Part shown: positions 34,315 through 44,241 of the stretch, piece after piece
How the letters are laid out: each line of letters opens with the position of its first letter
Position numbering within the stretch: position 1 is the stretch's first letter
DNA from: Clostridia bacterium
GTDB lineage: Bacteria > Bacillota > Clostridia > Oscillospirales > QAKW01
Reading direction: 5' to 3'
DNA length: 64,000 nt
Assembly (NCBI GenBank): GCA_017937065.1
Contig: JAGBEI010000013.1
Location: 31,333-95,332 of the forward strand
The notes under the pieces: generated by a model
Databases searched by the model: none
What the model was told of the DNA's origin: nothing
What the model saw: the letters and a program-made list of their open reading frames with translations, nothing else
Program-made: the position numbers and the translations under genes

Positions 34315-34746
34315 TTATATATTCAGTTTCGTCAGAAAATCAACCGCCATCGTATAGCCCTCAAAGCCGTGACCCATTATAGTCTTTTTACAGACCGCCG
34401 TAAGGTAAGAGTGATGACGAAAAGACTCGCGCTTGTGTATATCGGAAATATGAACCTCCACCGTCGGCACGCCCGCGGCGCTGACCGCGTCGGCAACGGC
34501 GACGCTTGTGTGAGTATATCCCCCCGCATTGAGTATTATCCCGTCATAGACACCGCGCGTCTTTTGGATCTCGTCAATAATCGCGCCCTCGTGATTGGAC
34601 TGGAAAAATTCCGGCAGCGCCTTGCCCTTGCAGTAGTCTGAAATATATTTTATCAAATCATCATAGGTTTTTCTGCCGTAAATTTCCGGCTCCCGCAGAC
34701 CGAGCATATTGAGGTTCGGCCCGTTTATGATAAGTATTTTTTTCAT
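34315..34746 (-). CDS. aroQ: Type II 3-dehydroquinate dehydratase
   Basis: ILIINGPNLNMLGLREPEIYG ... QSNHEG ... NAGGYTHTSVA ... VEVHISD are AroQ motifs. Confidence 0.95.
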   Translation of the reverse strand: MKKILIINGPNLNMLGLREPEIYGRKTYDDLIKYISDYCKGKALPEFFQSNHEGAIIDEIQKTRGVYDGIILNAGGYTHTSVAVADAVSAAGVPTVEVHISDIHKRESFRHHSYLTAVCKKTIMGHGFEGYTMAVDFLTKLNI

Positions 34747-34758
34747 TTTCGCACTCCT

Positions 34759-35232
34759 TTAAATATATCTGAAATCAAGGTTTTTGCTGTCATCATGCAG
34801 TCCCACAGCCTCACAAAAGCCGCCGAAAAAAAGCGGGAGATACTTTTTAAAGTCATTGTCCGACGGCGTGCTCTCCAGCTCCTCCCTCGACATCCATTTA
34901 AGACTGCCCTCGTCGCACGTATGCTTAAGACTTCCCGAAAAATCGTCGGTTTTGTAGCACATAACAATATACCGTGCTCCGGTACCGACATGTATCCAGT
35001 GAATAATACCGCAGCTTTCAAGACTGTGAACGGTAAGCCCCGTTTCCTCGTATACCTCACGCACGGCGGAATCATAAAAGGACTCTCCCCGCTCGACATG
35101 CCCGCCGGGAAAAGCGAGTCCGCGCCATGAACGCACCCGCTTAATAACGGCGATCCTTCCCGTTTTTGGATCGGTCACCATCACCATATTTGTAAATTCA
35201 ACGCTTTCGCCCTCACTCATGCTTTTAAACAA
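34759..35232 (-). CDS. NUDIX hydrolase
   Basis: The Nudix box GGHVERGESFYDSAVREVYEETGL is present. Confidence 0.85.
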   Translation of the reverse strand: MFKSMSEGESVEFTNMVMVTDPKTGRIAVIKRVRSWRGLAFPGGHVERGESFYDSAVREVYEETGLTVHSLESCGIIHWIHVGTGARYIVMCYKTDDFSGSLKHTCDEGSLKWMSREELESTPSDNDFKKYLPLFFGGFCEAVGLHDDSKNLDFRYI

Positions 35233-36101
35233 TCCTTATTACACAGTACCCGCACGGCACGCGGAAGCACGCCTATATCCGCGCGGTCGGTATTAACTAT
35301 CTCTCCGTCGCAGCACAGGGCGTTTATGCCGCTTATAACCACCCGCCTGCATTTCTTATAAAAAATGATATCCTCGAACTTTTTAAACGGACGGCCCGTT
35401 TGCGTATCAATGTGCTGTCCCTTTTTATATTTTCCCACAAGCGAGACAAACTTAAAGCGCGATACCTTTTTAACTATCATGAGGTCAATCAGTCCGTCGG
35501 TAATGCTCGCTGCGGGCGACACCTTAAAGCCGCCGCCGTAATAGTTGCCGTTGCCGGCAACCGTCAGCAGACACTCTCCGTCAAAGACGCCGTCCTTCCC
35601 CTGCTCGTCAGTGTACTCGACACGTATATGCATTCCGAAGCTGCCCGCCAAGGCGCGTGCTACGCCGAGAATATACGCCATGCTGCCCGAAATCAGCGGT
35701 TTCTTTTTTAATTGAGACGCATAAAGCACAACATTCAGGTCAAAACCCGTGTTTACGGTATTGACCGATACACCGTCGTCCACGGTCAGCACGTCCGCCT
35801 CGATACACTCCGTGCCCGTCTCGTTCACGGTGCGAACAAAGTCATTTCCCGTGCCTGTCGGTACAAGTGAGATATACGCCCTGTCCGAGCCGCTGTCTAT
35901 AATCGCGCGCACCACCTCGTTTATCGTGCCGTCGCCGCCGTATATTATGAAGTTTATATCCTCGCAGGCGTCCTCAAGCGTTTTTTTGACAAACCTGCAG
36001 GCGTCTCCCACGCCCGATGTCACGTATGTACTTCCCGAAGCCTTATACTTCATCGCGCCGCCCTGACCTGCGGCGGGGTTTAATATATGTACTGTTTTCA
36101 T
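35217..36101 (-). CDS. Diacylglycerol/lipid kinase family protein (YegS/BmrU-like)
   Basis: ILNPAAGQG ... IYGGDGTINEV ... PTGTGNDF are DAGK catalytic-domain motifs. Confidence 0.85.
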   Translation of the reverse strand: MKTVHILNPAAGQGGAMKYKASGSTYVTSGVGDACRFVKKTLEDACEDINFIIYGGDGTINEVVRAIIDSGSDRAYISLVPTGTGNDFVRTVNETGTECIEADVLTVDDGVSVNTVNTGFDLNVVLYASQLKKKPLISGSMAYILGVARALAGSFGMHIRVEYTDEQGKDGVFDGECLLTVAGNGNYYGGGFKVSPAASITDGLIDLMIVKKVSRFKFVSLVGKYKKGQHIDTQTGRPFKKFEDIIFYKKCRRVVISGINALCCDGEIVNTDRADIGVLPRAVRVLCNKDCLKA

Positions 36102-36319
36102 AAAGCTCTCCGTATTTTATTTACAGCAAGATTATACCACAAATACCGCCGCATGAACAGTATTTTGCCGAAAACACCGCGGCGCAAATAATTAATGCGC
36201 ATTTTTGCGACTTTTTAGCCGCAAAATTGGCTTGTGAAAAGAAAAATAAGACTATATAATATAAAAAACAACATAAAAGGCACCGGCAGAATTTCCTGCC
36301 GCACTTGAAAGGAGCCAAA

Positions 36320-38365
36320 ATGAAAAATTTCAGAGCACCCGCGACCCCGCTTATTACCGTAGACCCTTACTTCAACATATGGTCGTTTGCCGACACGCTT
36401 TACGGCGACACCCCGCGCCACTGGACAGGTCAGCGCCATTTTCTGACCGGTATTGTAACAATCGACGGTGAACCGCTGAAGTTTATGGGTATGCTCAACC
36501 CCGACAATTTACGCTACCGCACCGAGCCGGAGGTTATAGAGCAGATAAGCTGCGAGATACGCCCGATGACAACAAAATATGTGTTTGAAAACGAAAATGT
36601 CACGCTTAAGGTGGATTTTATGACTCCTCTTATCCCTACCGACCTGTATCTCATGTCCAGACCTATTTCCTACATATCTTACAGTATAGAGGCAAAGGAC
36701 GGAAAGCCGCACGACATAGAAATGTACATAGATGTGAGCTGTGAGCTGTGCGTAAACACCCCCGACAGGGCTGTAACGCTGGGAAAAACGGATTATTCGC
36801 TGACGGCATCATCGGGAACGGACAGCATGCTTGTACGCTCAGGCGACGACCACCGCATTGAATGGGGCACTCTGCACCTGATAGCGCCGGGCTTTGAAAC
36901 CTACTTTATAGACGCGGCAAACAAGGCGGCAAAATTCCGCCGCTGTGTCGAAAGCGCCAAATACACACAATATAGAAATGTTGAATGCGGCAGTACCATA
37001 AGACCGCAGGACGGCTGGACGGCGCTTGCCTGTCAAAAGACATACGGCAGCACAAAAAAAGCCGGGGACTTTATCTGCATCGGCTATGACGATATAAAAT
37101 CAATACAGTATTTCGGCGAAAACATCGAAGCCTACTGGCGGCGCGACGGCGCACAGTTTGAGGATATAGCGCATCTGGCGGTAAAGGACTATTCCGATAT
37201 ATGCGCGCGCGTTGTAAAATTTGAAACCGAGCTTATGGAAAGGGCGCGCAAAATCAGCGATAAATACGAGCAGATCCTGTCGCTGGCATTCCGCCAGGTA
37301 ATTGCAGCGCACAAGCTCTGCTGGCATGACGGCGAAGTACAGTTTTTATCAAAGGAAAACTATTCAAACGGCTGTATCGGAACGGTTGACGTCACATATC
37401 CGTCCATACCCATGTTTCTCGTTTACAATCCCGAGCTTGTCGAGGGTATGCTAAACCCCATATTCAAGATGTGCAGCCTGGGAATGTGGAAATACGAATT
37501 CGCTCCGCACGACGTCGGACAGTACCCGCTTGCAAACATGCAGGTCTACGGTATCGGCGACAGATTTACAAAGCGCTTTCTCGAGCGCCGCATCTATGAA
37601 AGCGGCATGACGCTGGAGCAATATGAAAAGTCGTATCAGATGCCGATTGAGGAATGCGGCAACATGCTGCTTTGTGTCGCAGCCGTGTGCGCGGCAAAAA
37701 AGGACACGTCCTATGCAAAGGAACACCTTGATATACTCAATATGTGGGCGGATTACCTTGTAAAATGCGGCTTTGACCCTGCGAATCAGCTGTGTACCGA
37801 CGATTTTGCAGGTCACCTTGCCCATAACTGCAATCTTTCCGTAAAGTCAATCGAGGCGCTGGCGGCATGGTCAAAGGTATTGTCTCAGCTCGGAGAGAAT
37901 GTAAAGTCCGCATTTTACCGCGTAAAGGCGGAGGAATTTGCAAAGTGCTGGGAGCAGCATGCAAACGCCGGTGACCATTACAAGCTTGCGTTTGACCAGG
38001 ATGACGAGAGCTGGTCGCTCAAATACAACATGGTCTGGGATAAGCTTTTGGATCTCAACGTATTTGACAGCAAAATCGCCGAAAAAGAGGTTGCACATTA
38101 CATGACAAAAGTTAACCGCTTCGGCATACCGCTGGATATACGCTCCGATTACACAAAAAGCGACTGGCAGATGTGGACAACAGTGCTGACCGACAATAAG
38201 AAATACCTTGACACTGTGGTGGACGCGATGTACGAAATGCTTGAAAACACGCGCGACCGCGCGCCATTTACCGACTGGTACTATACATCAACTCCGTACA
38301 AACGCAGCTTCCAGAACCGCACCGTTCAGGGCGGACTGTTTATCAATCTGCTCAATCTGAAATAA
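36320..38365 (+). CDS. Glutaminase-A-like glycoside-hydrolase-fold protein (DUF4964/DUF5127/DUF4965/DUF1793 architecture), cytoplasmic
   Basis: The N-terminus FRAPATPLITVDPYFNIWS is characteristic of this family, and the C-terminal half resembles an (alpha/alpha)6 barrel. ATG 36320 lies after AAAGGAG. Confidence 0.7.
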   Translation: MKNFRAPATPLITVDPYFNIWSFADTLYGDTPRHWTGQRHFLTGIVTIDGEPLKFMGMLNPDNLRYRTEPEVIEQISCEIRPMTTKYVFENENVTLKVDFMTPLIPTDLYLMSRPISYISYSIEAKDGKPHDIEMYIDVSCELCVNTPDRAVTLGKTDYSLTASSGTDSMLVRSGDDHRIEWGTLHLIAPGFETYFIDAANKAAKFRRCVESAKYTQYRNVECGSTIRPQDGWTALACQKTYGSTKKAGDFICIGYDDIKSIQYFGENIEAYWRRDGAQFEDIAHLAVKDYSDICARVVKFETELMERARKISDKYEQILSLAFRQVIAAHKLCWHDGEVQFLSKENYSNGCIGTVDVTYPSIPMFLVYNPELVEGMLNPIFKMCSLGMWKYEFAPHDVGQYPLANMQVYGIGDRFTKRFLERRIYESGMTLEQYEKSYQMPIEECGNMLLCVAAVCAAKKDTSYAKEHLDILNMWADYLVKCGFDPANQLCTDDFAGHLAHNCNLSVKSIEALAAWSKVLSQLGENVKSAFYRVKAEEFAKCWEQHANAGDHYKLAFDQDDESWSLKYNMVWDKLLDLNVFDSKIAEKEVAHYMTKVNRFGIPLDIRSDYTKSDWQMWTTVLTDNKKYLDTVVDAMYEMLENTRDRAPFTDWYYTSTPYKRSFQNRTVQGGLFINLLNLK

Positions 38366-38386
38366 ACCCGCTCAAAAAACGCATAC

Positions 38387-38417
38387 AAAATCCCGTGCTT
38401 TTTGCACGGGATTTTTT
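38387..38417 (+). terminator. Intrinsic terminator
   Basis: Stem AAAATCCCGTGC pairs with GCACGGGATTTT (12 bp) around loop TTTTT, followed by a T-run. Confidence 0.85.
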
Positions 38418-38632
38418 GCATTTACCATTTGTCCCCGCTTAATATTTTTTTACACTTTGCAATATAATAGAGATAGACGCAAAAAAATCTGTCAACAATA
38501 GAATATATAACTAAAGCGAGAGTCCCCTTTGCTATTCAGACGGCGGGATGCGCTCGCTTTCCTGCGGCGGGCTGTACCGGCGCAGGAATGTTAATACACC
38601 AAAGCCGTAATTTCGGCGGAAACGGAGCGTTT

Positions 38633-41035
38633 ATGGATAAGTTTTCAAAAAAGGCGGGCAGCGCCCTGCAAAATGCACAGAACATCGCGTGCGCACTGGG
38701 GCATACCTATATCGGTTCCGAGCACCTGCTGCTGGGAATACTGAAGGAAAGCGAAAGCGTGGGCAGCAGAATTCTGCTGTCACGCGGAATAACATACGAT
38801 AAGGTGCGTTCAAGACTGTGCGAGCTTGTGGGAACAGGCAGCAAAACGCTGCTCAGCGCCTCGGACATGACCTCACGCACACGCCGTATTATCGAGCAGT
38901 CGATGGTATACGCCAAAAAGTTCGGCTTCACATCTGTGGGCACCGAGCACATACTGCTTGCGATTGCGGCGGAAAACGAGTGCGTAGGGATGCAGATACT
39001 TTCAAAGCTGGGGCAGGATTCCAAAACGCTGTCTGCAACCATCAGAGAAAAGCTCGGTCTGTACGAGCTGATAACTCCTCAGACTCCGACAAAGCCCTCC
39101 AAAAGCCTGAAGGTTCTGCCCAAGTTTGCAACAAACCTCGTAGATGAGGCGCGCCAGGGTAAAATCCTGCCCGCCGTCGGACGCGACAGTGAGCTTGAAC
39201 GGGTTATGAGCATTCTTTCAAGGCACAGTAAAAACAATCCGTGTCTTATAGGCGAACCCGGAGTCGGCAAAACCTGCATAGCGGAGGGGCTGGCGCTTCG
39301 CATCAGCCGCGGCGAGGTGCCGCCGCCTCTTGCGGGACAGCAAATATATATGCTGGACCTGACCTCCATGATTGCAGGATCAAAATACCGCGGCGAATTT
39401 GAAGAACGTCTGCGCGCCGTTCTTGACGAAGCGGAGAAAAATCCGGATATTATACTGTTTGTAGACGAAATGCACATCATTATCGGCGCGGGCGCGGCGG
39501 AGGGCGCGATAGACGCCTGCAACATTTTAAAGCCGGCGCTGGCGCGCGGAAAAATAAAAATGATAGGCGCGACCACAATCGAAGAATATCACAGGCATAT
39601 TGAAAAGGACCGCGCGCTGGAGCGCAGATTTGCGCCTGTCATGATAGACGAGCCGAGCGAGCAGATGACCCTTGACATACTCCACAGCCTGCGTGCAAGG
39701 CTGGAAACGCATCACAGCGTAAAAATCGAGGAGTCCGCCATGAGCGCCGCGGTATCCCTGTCGGTGCGCTATATCGGAGACAGATTTCTACCTGACAAAG
39801 CGATTGACCTTGTAGACGAGGCGGCGTCCGTCAAGCATATAAGCTCGCTCACACCCGCCCGACCGTCCCGCACATATTTAATAGGGCAAAAGCGGGAAAA
39901 GCTGGAGGAGCTTATAAAAAAGGGCAAATACGAAGAGGCTGCACGCCTGCGCGATGAAATAAACGAGCTTAAAGCAAAAGCTCAAAGTGACGACGGTTCC
40001 CTGCCATGCGTTACCGAGGAGGACATCTGCTCCGCCGTATCCCGCTGGACAGGTGTTCCCGCCGGAACACTTGACGCCGACGGCGCCGACAGACTGCGCG
40101 GAATGGAAGCGCGCATAAACAGGCGGATTATCGGACAGCCCGCGGCAGTAAAATGCGTATGCGACACACTGATACGCGCGGGCGCCGGACTCTGCGACCC
40201 TGCGCGGCCTCTCGCCTCTTTTCTGTTCTGCGGCACCACGGGAGTCGGTAAAACCGAGCTGTGCAGAGTGCTGTCCGACGAGCTGTTCGGTACAACAAAG
40301 GCGCTTATAAAGCTGGATATGGCAGAGTTTATGGAGCCGCACAGCATCGCAAAGCTTATCGGCTCTCCGCCGGGCTATGTCGGGCACGACGAGGGCGGCA
40401 CCCTGTGCGAAAAAATACGCTCGCGTCCTTACAGCATCGTGCTTTTTGACGAAATCGAAAAGGCGCATCCTGAGGTGCTCAATATACTGCTGGGGATTTT
40501 GGACGACGGAGTATTGACCGACTCACACGGGCGCGTCGCAGGCTTTAAAAACACGATTGTGATACTGACAACCAATATCGGGACAATGAAAGCCGGCAGT
40601 ATCCCGCTCGGCTTTTCGGGTGACGGCGCGGGAGAGCAGATACGAAAGACTGTGCTGACAGCTCTGAAAAAAACACTGCGCCCCGAGCTTTTAAACAGAA
40701 TAGACGAAACCCCGGTCTTTGAAATGCTGAAGGATAAGGACATCAGGGAAATTACCGACGGAATGCTGAGTGAGCTGAAATTGCGCCTGTCGCGCAAAGG
40801 AATAGAGGTTGAGTTTGACCCGACGGTTACCGACATGATTTGCCGCCTCAACGGCACATCTCAGTTCGGTGCACGCAACATCAGACGTCTTATTACAAGA
40901 CATGTCTCCAACCCCATTGCCGCCATGATAATCTCCGGTGTGTTAAAGCCCGGCTGCCGCCGTGCATTTTCCCAAGCCGAGCTGTCCGAGAACGGACTTG
41001 TAAAATCCGACCGCGTAGTATATAATTTAACTTGA
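38633..41035 (+). CDS. clpC: ClpC-type AAA+ ATPase (ATP-dependent Clp protease ATP-binding subunit)
   Basis: Two Clp_N repeats (YIGSEHLLLGIL, SVGTEHILLAI), Walker A motifs GEPGVGKT and GTTGVGKT, a UVR-like linker (KGKYEEAARLRDEINELK) and a ClpP-docking loop (IPLGF) are present. ATG 38633 lies after GGAG. Confidence 0.85.
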   Translation: MDKFSKKAGSALQNAQNIACALGHTYIGSEHLLLGILKESESVGSRILLSRGITYDKVRSRLCELVGTGSKTLLSASDMTSRTRRIIEQSMVYAKKFGFTSVGTEHILLAIAAENECVGMQILSKLGQDSKTLSATIREKLGLYELITPQTPTKPSKSLKVLPKFATNLVDEARQGKILPAVGRDSELERVMSILSRHSKNNPCLIGEPGVGKTCIAEGLALRISRGEVPPPLAGQQIYMLDLTSMIAGSKYRGEFEERLRAVLDEAEKNPDIILFVDEMHIIIGAGAAEGAIDACNILKPALARGKIKMIGATTIEEYHRHIEKDRALERRFAPVMIDEPSEQMTLDILHSLRARLETHHSVKIEESAMSAAVSLSVRYIGDRFLPDKAIDLVDEAASVKHISSLTPARPSRTYLIGQKREKLEELIKKGKYEEAARLRDEINELKAKAQSDDGSLPCVTEEDICSAVSRWTGVPAGTLDADGADRLRGMEARINRRIIGQPAAVKCVCDTLIRAGAGLCDPARPLASFLFCGTTGVGKTELCRVLSDELFGTTKALIKLDMAEFMEPHSIAKLIGSPPGYVGHDEGGTLCEKIRSRPYSIVLFDEIEKAHPEVLNILLGILDDGVLTDSHGRVAGFKNTIVILTTNIGTMKAGSIPLGFSGDGAGEQIRKTVLTALKKTLRPELLNRIDETPVFEMLKDKDIREITDGMLSELKLRLSRKGIEVEFDPTVTDMICRLNGTSQFGARNIRRLITRHVSNPIAAMIISGVLKPGCRRAFSQAELSENGLVKSDRVVYNLT

Positions 41036-41137
41036 CGTCCGCGCGCAAAGAAATTCACCGCGCGGCGCAGGCTGCCGTCTGCCGAGGGCACGGTACGGTA
41101 ATCGGTAAAATTACACGGCACTGCAAAAGGGAAATGT

Positions 41138-42217
41138 ATGAAAGCTTATAATATTGCCGTCATCGGCGGCGGATTTATGGGACAGACCCACAGCTTCAGC
41201 GCGCAGAGCATACCGTTTTTCTACAACTGTAAATTCCGCGCGGTTTTGCACACACTCTGCGGCAGAGATCCGCTGAAAACCGAAAATCAGGCGCGCCGCT
41301 GGGGATTTTTGCACGCAACAAGCGACTTTGACAGCGTTGCAGGCAATCCCGAAATTGATATAATAGACATCTGCACGCCCAATCCGCTTCATTATCCGCA
41401 GGCAAAGGCGGCAATCCTTGCGGGAAAGCATGTTTACTGCGACAAGCCGCTGTGCGTAACGGCGGCGCAGGCGGATGAGCTTGCAGAGCTTGCAAAAAAA
41501 CATAACGTGTGCTGTCAGGTGACCTTTCAGCACAGGTTCTGGCCCGGTCTTATGCGCGCCAAAGAGATACTTGACGCGGGCGGTATCGGCAGCATTACAA
41601 ATTTCCGCGCAGCATTTCTGCACGCGTCTCTTGCCGACGGGGACAGACCGTATGCATGGCGCAACGCGCCCATAAGCGAGGGCGGCGGGGTATTGAACGA
41701 CCTGGGCTCGCATATCCTTGACCTTATAGTACATCTTTGCGGAGATATCGACGATATAAAATCCGCGTTCAAAACCCTATACCCTCAGCGCCGCGGCGAA
41801 AATGGACAAATGCTCGATGTCTTGTCCGACGACGCGGCATACATGCTGCTGAGGCTGAAAAACGGCGCCTGCGGCACCGCCGAGGTTTCCAAAATAGCAA
41901 CGGGGCTGAGCGACGTCCTGAAAATCGAGATACACGGCACAGACGGCGCACTGTTCTTTGACTTTGACAGACCGGGGCAGCTCGGCTGCTCCGGCGGCGG
42001 CAATGACGAAATAAAAATAATCGACTGCCTGCCCAAATACCCCGACAGTGATTTTCTCAACAGCACGCAAAAGCCCGGCTGGGCGCGGGCACATATCCAC
42101 AGCTACTACACATTTTTAAGCAGCATATCGAAAAATCAGACGCCGTCCCCGTCTTTTGCGGACGCGGCAAAGGTACAGCATTTAATAGAGACTGCGAGAA
42201 GAAACACCGTATATTGA
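41138..42217 (+). CDS. Gfo/Idh/MocA-family oxidoreductase
   Basis: YNIAVIGGGFMG Rossmann motif and the CDKPL (EKP-like) motif are present. Confidence 0.85.
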   Translation: MKAYNIAVIGGGFMGQTHSFSAQSIPFFYNCKFRAVLHTLCGRDPLKTENQARRWGFLHATSDFDSVAGNPEIDIIDICTPNPLHYPQAKAAILAGKHVYCDKPLCVTAAQADELAELAKKHNVCCQVTFQHRFWPGLMRAKEILDAGGIGSITNFRAAFLHASLADGDRPYAWRNAPISEGGGVLNDLGSHILDLIVHLCGDIDDIKSAFKTLYPQRRGENGQMLDVLSDDAAYMLLRLKNGACGTAEVSKIATGLSDVLKIEIHGTDGALFFDFDRPGQLGCSGGGNDEIKIIDCLPKYPDSDFLNSTQKPGWARAHIHSYYTFLSSISKNQTPSPSFADAAKVQHLIETARRNTVY

Positions 42218-42333
42218 GTACGCAGAATGTTGTCTGTTTTATACCGAATGTTTTAAAACCGATAATTTTATTGATTTTGCAAAAATGACGCGTTAATATT
42301 AATGCAGACAATAAACTGTCGGAGGTGTATGAA

Positions 42334-43470
42334 TTGAAGGATTTTTTCAGAGAAGGCAAGCCGCTGCACTTTGTATTCCCCATTGACGGCGACTGCCTTA
42401 ACGCACATGACGGAACGCTGACGGAAAACGGGCTTGAAATTACGGCGGCAGTCAGCGCACCGCGCGGAAGAAATGTCAAAATCAACGGCTGTGCGGCTGA
42501 GTTTGACGGACAAGACTACATCTGCACCGTCAGGCTGAACAAAAGCCGCGCAGGGCTTTGCAAAACCGTCCTGTCGGCGTCGGACGACAAGGGAGACTGC
42601 GACTGCATAGCCGTATACGACGTGTCGAAAACGCAGGGCGGCTTTCGCATCTCGTCAGACGACAACATACTGTTTCTCCGTGACATAAACGACAATCGGG
42701 ATACATACAAGTCCATATTCGAAAATCCGTATCTTGCGGTATATAAACGCGCGCACGACCTGTACGGCGCAAAGGTACACCTCAACCTGTTTTACGAAAC
42801 GGACGATATGCATACCTTTAACGAAAAGGGGCAGTATTTCAATCTGTCCATGATGACGGACAAATTCAAGTCCGAGTTTGAGCAAAATTCCGACTGGCTG
42901 CGCCTGTCGTTTCACGCGCGCAGCGAGTTCCCGCCAAAGCCCTACGAGCACACGTCGGCGCAGAGAATAAAAGAGGACGCGCAGCTTATCAACCGCCAAA
43001 TAATTCGGTTTGCGGGTCAAAAAACGCTCGCGCGCGGCGCCACCGTGCATTTCGGTACGGCAACGCGGGAGGGCACGGCTGCCCTGCGCGCTCTGGGCTG
43101 CGCTTTCCTTGCGGGATATTTTGAGCACACAAAGGACGGCAAGCCCCTTGTCGCCTATTATTATCCCGACAGGCTTACAGACCGTATCGGCGCACGCGAT
43201 TTCTGGATGAATACCGAGGACGATATACTGCACGCGCGCATTGACCTTGTTCTCAATGCCGTAAAATACCCTCAGCTGCTCACCGAGCTTGAAAAAATAC
43301 GTCTCTGCCCCCACCGCGCCGGCTTTTTAGAGCTGATGATACACGAGCAGTATTTTTATCCGCAGTACAGCCGGCATATTCCCGAATTTGAGCTGCTGAT
43401 TACCGACTCTGCAAAATGGGCTGTGCAAAACGGGTACCGCGGCATGTTTTTCAGCGACGAGCTTTTATAG
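42334..43470 (+). CDS. Hypothetical protein, possibly a divergent polysaccharide-deacetylase-like barrel with an N-terminal beta-sandwich
   Basis: This is a long ORF with coding-like composition. TTG 42334 lies 8 nt after GGAGG; the track start is GTG 42325, inside the RBS. RISSDDNILFL loosely resembles the NodB TFDD motif. I recognise no firm family. Confidence 0.45.
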   Translation: MKDFFREGKPLHFVFPIDGDCLNAHDGTLTENGLEITAAVSAPRGRNVKINGCAAEFDGQDYICTVRLNKSRAGLCKTVLSASDDKGDCDCIAVYDVSKTQGGFRISSDDNILFLRDINDNRDTYKSIFENPYLAVYKRAHDLYGAKVHLNLFYETDDMHTFNEKGQYFNLSMMTDKFKSEFEQNSDWLRLSFHARSEFPPKPYEHTSAQRIKEDAQLINRQIIRFAGQKTLARGATVHFGTATREGTAALRALGCAFLAGYFEHTKDGKPLVAYYYPDRLTDRIGARDFWMNTEDDILHARIDLVLNAVKYPQLLTELEKIRLCPHRAGFLELMIHEQYFYPQYSRHIPEFELLITDSAKWAVQNGYRGMFFSDELL

Positions 43471-43474
43471 ACGG

Positions 43475-43625
43475 TTGACAAAACAGTAAAAAGCCTGTAT
43501 AATAGCAGTGCGCATCACAAGGTGCGCGCATACCACACAAGCGGTTTAAAATGAAGCTATAATAAAAATATCGAAGTGTCACAAGGCACGGCGGCAATCA
43601 AGTTGCGGCTGTGCCTTTTTATTTT
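43475..43625 (+). promoter_or_regulatory. Promoter plus unclassified terminator/antiterminator leader with three CACAAG loop motifs
   Basis: TTGACA (43475), a 17-nt spacer and TATAAT (43498) form the promoter. CACAAG occurs at 43516, 43536 and 43580, each in a potential hairpin loop. The terminator is GGCACGGCGGC/GCGGCTGTGCC followed by TTTTTATTTT (43585-43625). Confidence 0.55.
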
Positions 43626-43660
43626 GTCGCCGTGACACGGATTAAAGGAGAAATACAAAT

Positions 43661-44206
43661 ATGCAGACAACCTCTTTACAAAGAACAGGTCTTATGAAAA
43701 TGCTGTACTCGGCGCTGTTTTTGGCGCTGGCGCTTGTGCTGCCGTTTCTGACAGGTCAGATACAGACTGTCGGCAACATGCTCTGTCCGATGCACATTCC
43801 CGTGCTGCTGTGCGCGTTTATGTGCGGGCCGCAGTGGGCGGCAGCAGTCGGCTTTACAGCCCCGCTGCTGAGATTTGCACTCTTTACGATGCCGCCGATG
43901 CCAAACGGCATTGCCATGGCATTCGAGCTGATGACATACGGTCTTGTATGCGGTCTTATGTATAAGCTGCTGCCCAAAAAAATCGGATATACATATCTGT
44001 CGCTGATTATCGCCATGATTGCGGGAAGACTGATTTGGGGCGCAGGTATGCTTACTATTGCCGGTATAACCTCCGGGGCGTTTTCGCTGTCTGCATTCTG
44101 GGCGGGTGCCGTAACGGGCGCCGTTCCGGGAATTATATTGCAGATTGTGCTTATCCCTCCGCTTGTCCTGCTGTTTGAACGATACGCTTCATCAAAAAAA
44201 GCATAA
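43661..44206 (+). CDS. ECF-transporter substrate-specific (S) component, substrate unknown
   Basis: 181 aa with six TM segments. LPFLTG ... PMHIPVLLCAFMCGPQWAAAVGFTAPLL is typical of ECF S components. No ecfA/ecfT genes are adjacent. Confidence 0.7.
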   Translation: MQTTSLQRTGLMKMLYSALFLALALVLPFLTGQIQTVGNMLCPMHIPVLLCAFMCGPQWAAAVGFTAPLLRFALFTMPPMPNGIAMAFELMTYGLVCGLMYKLLPKKIGYTYLSLIIAMIAGRLIWGAGMLTIAGITSGAFSLSAFWAGAVTGAVPGIILQIVLIPPLVLLFERYASSKKA

Positions 44207-44240
44207 AAAATACGGTACGAAAATCGTACCGTATTTTTTT
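44206..44240. terminator. Bidirectional intrinsic terminator
   Basis: Stem AAAAATACGGTACGA pairs with TCGTACCGTATTTTT around loop AAA. Confidence 0.85.
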
Positions 44241-44241
44241 A

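Noticed and set aside
38366-38632. I searched the clpC upstream region for a CtsR operator (tandem GGTCAAA repeats).
   Set aside because: No tandem heptad repeat is visible. There is only a single GTCAACA. No ctsR, mcsA or mcsB genes are adjacent, so no operator is called.
39878-40468. Minus-strand ORFs inside clpC (39079-39576, 39878-40468 and 40429-40857) and inside the 41138 oxidoreductase gene (41111-41734).
   Set aside because: All lie antisense to genes with Walker or Rossmann motifs, so they are GC-driven shadow ORFs.
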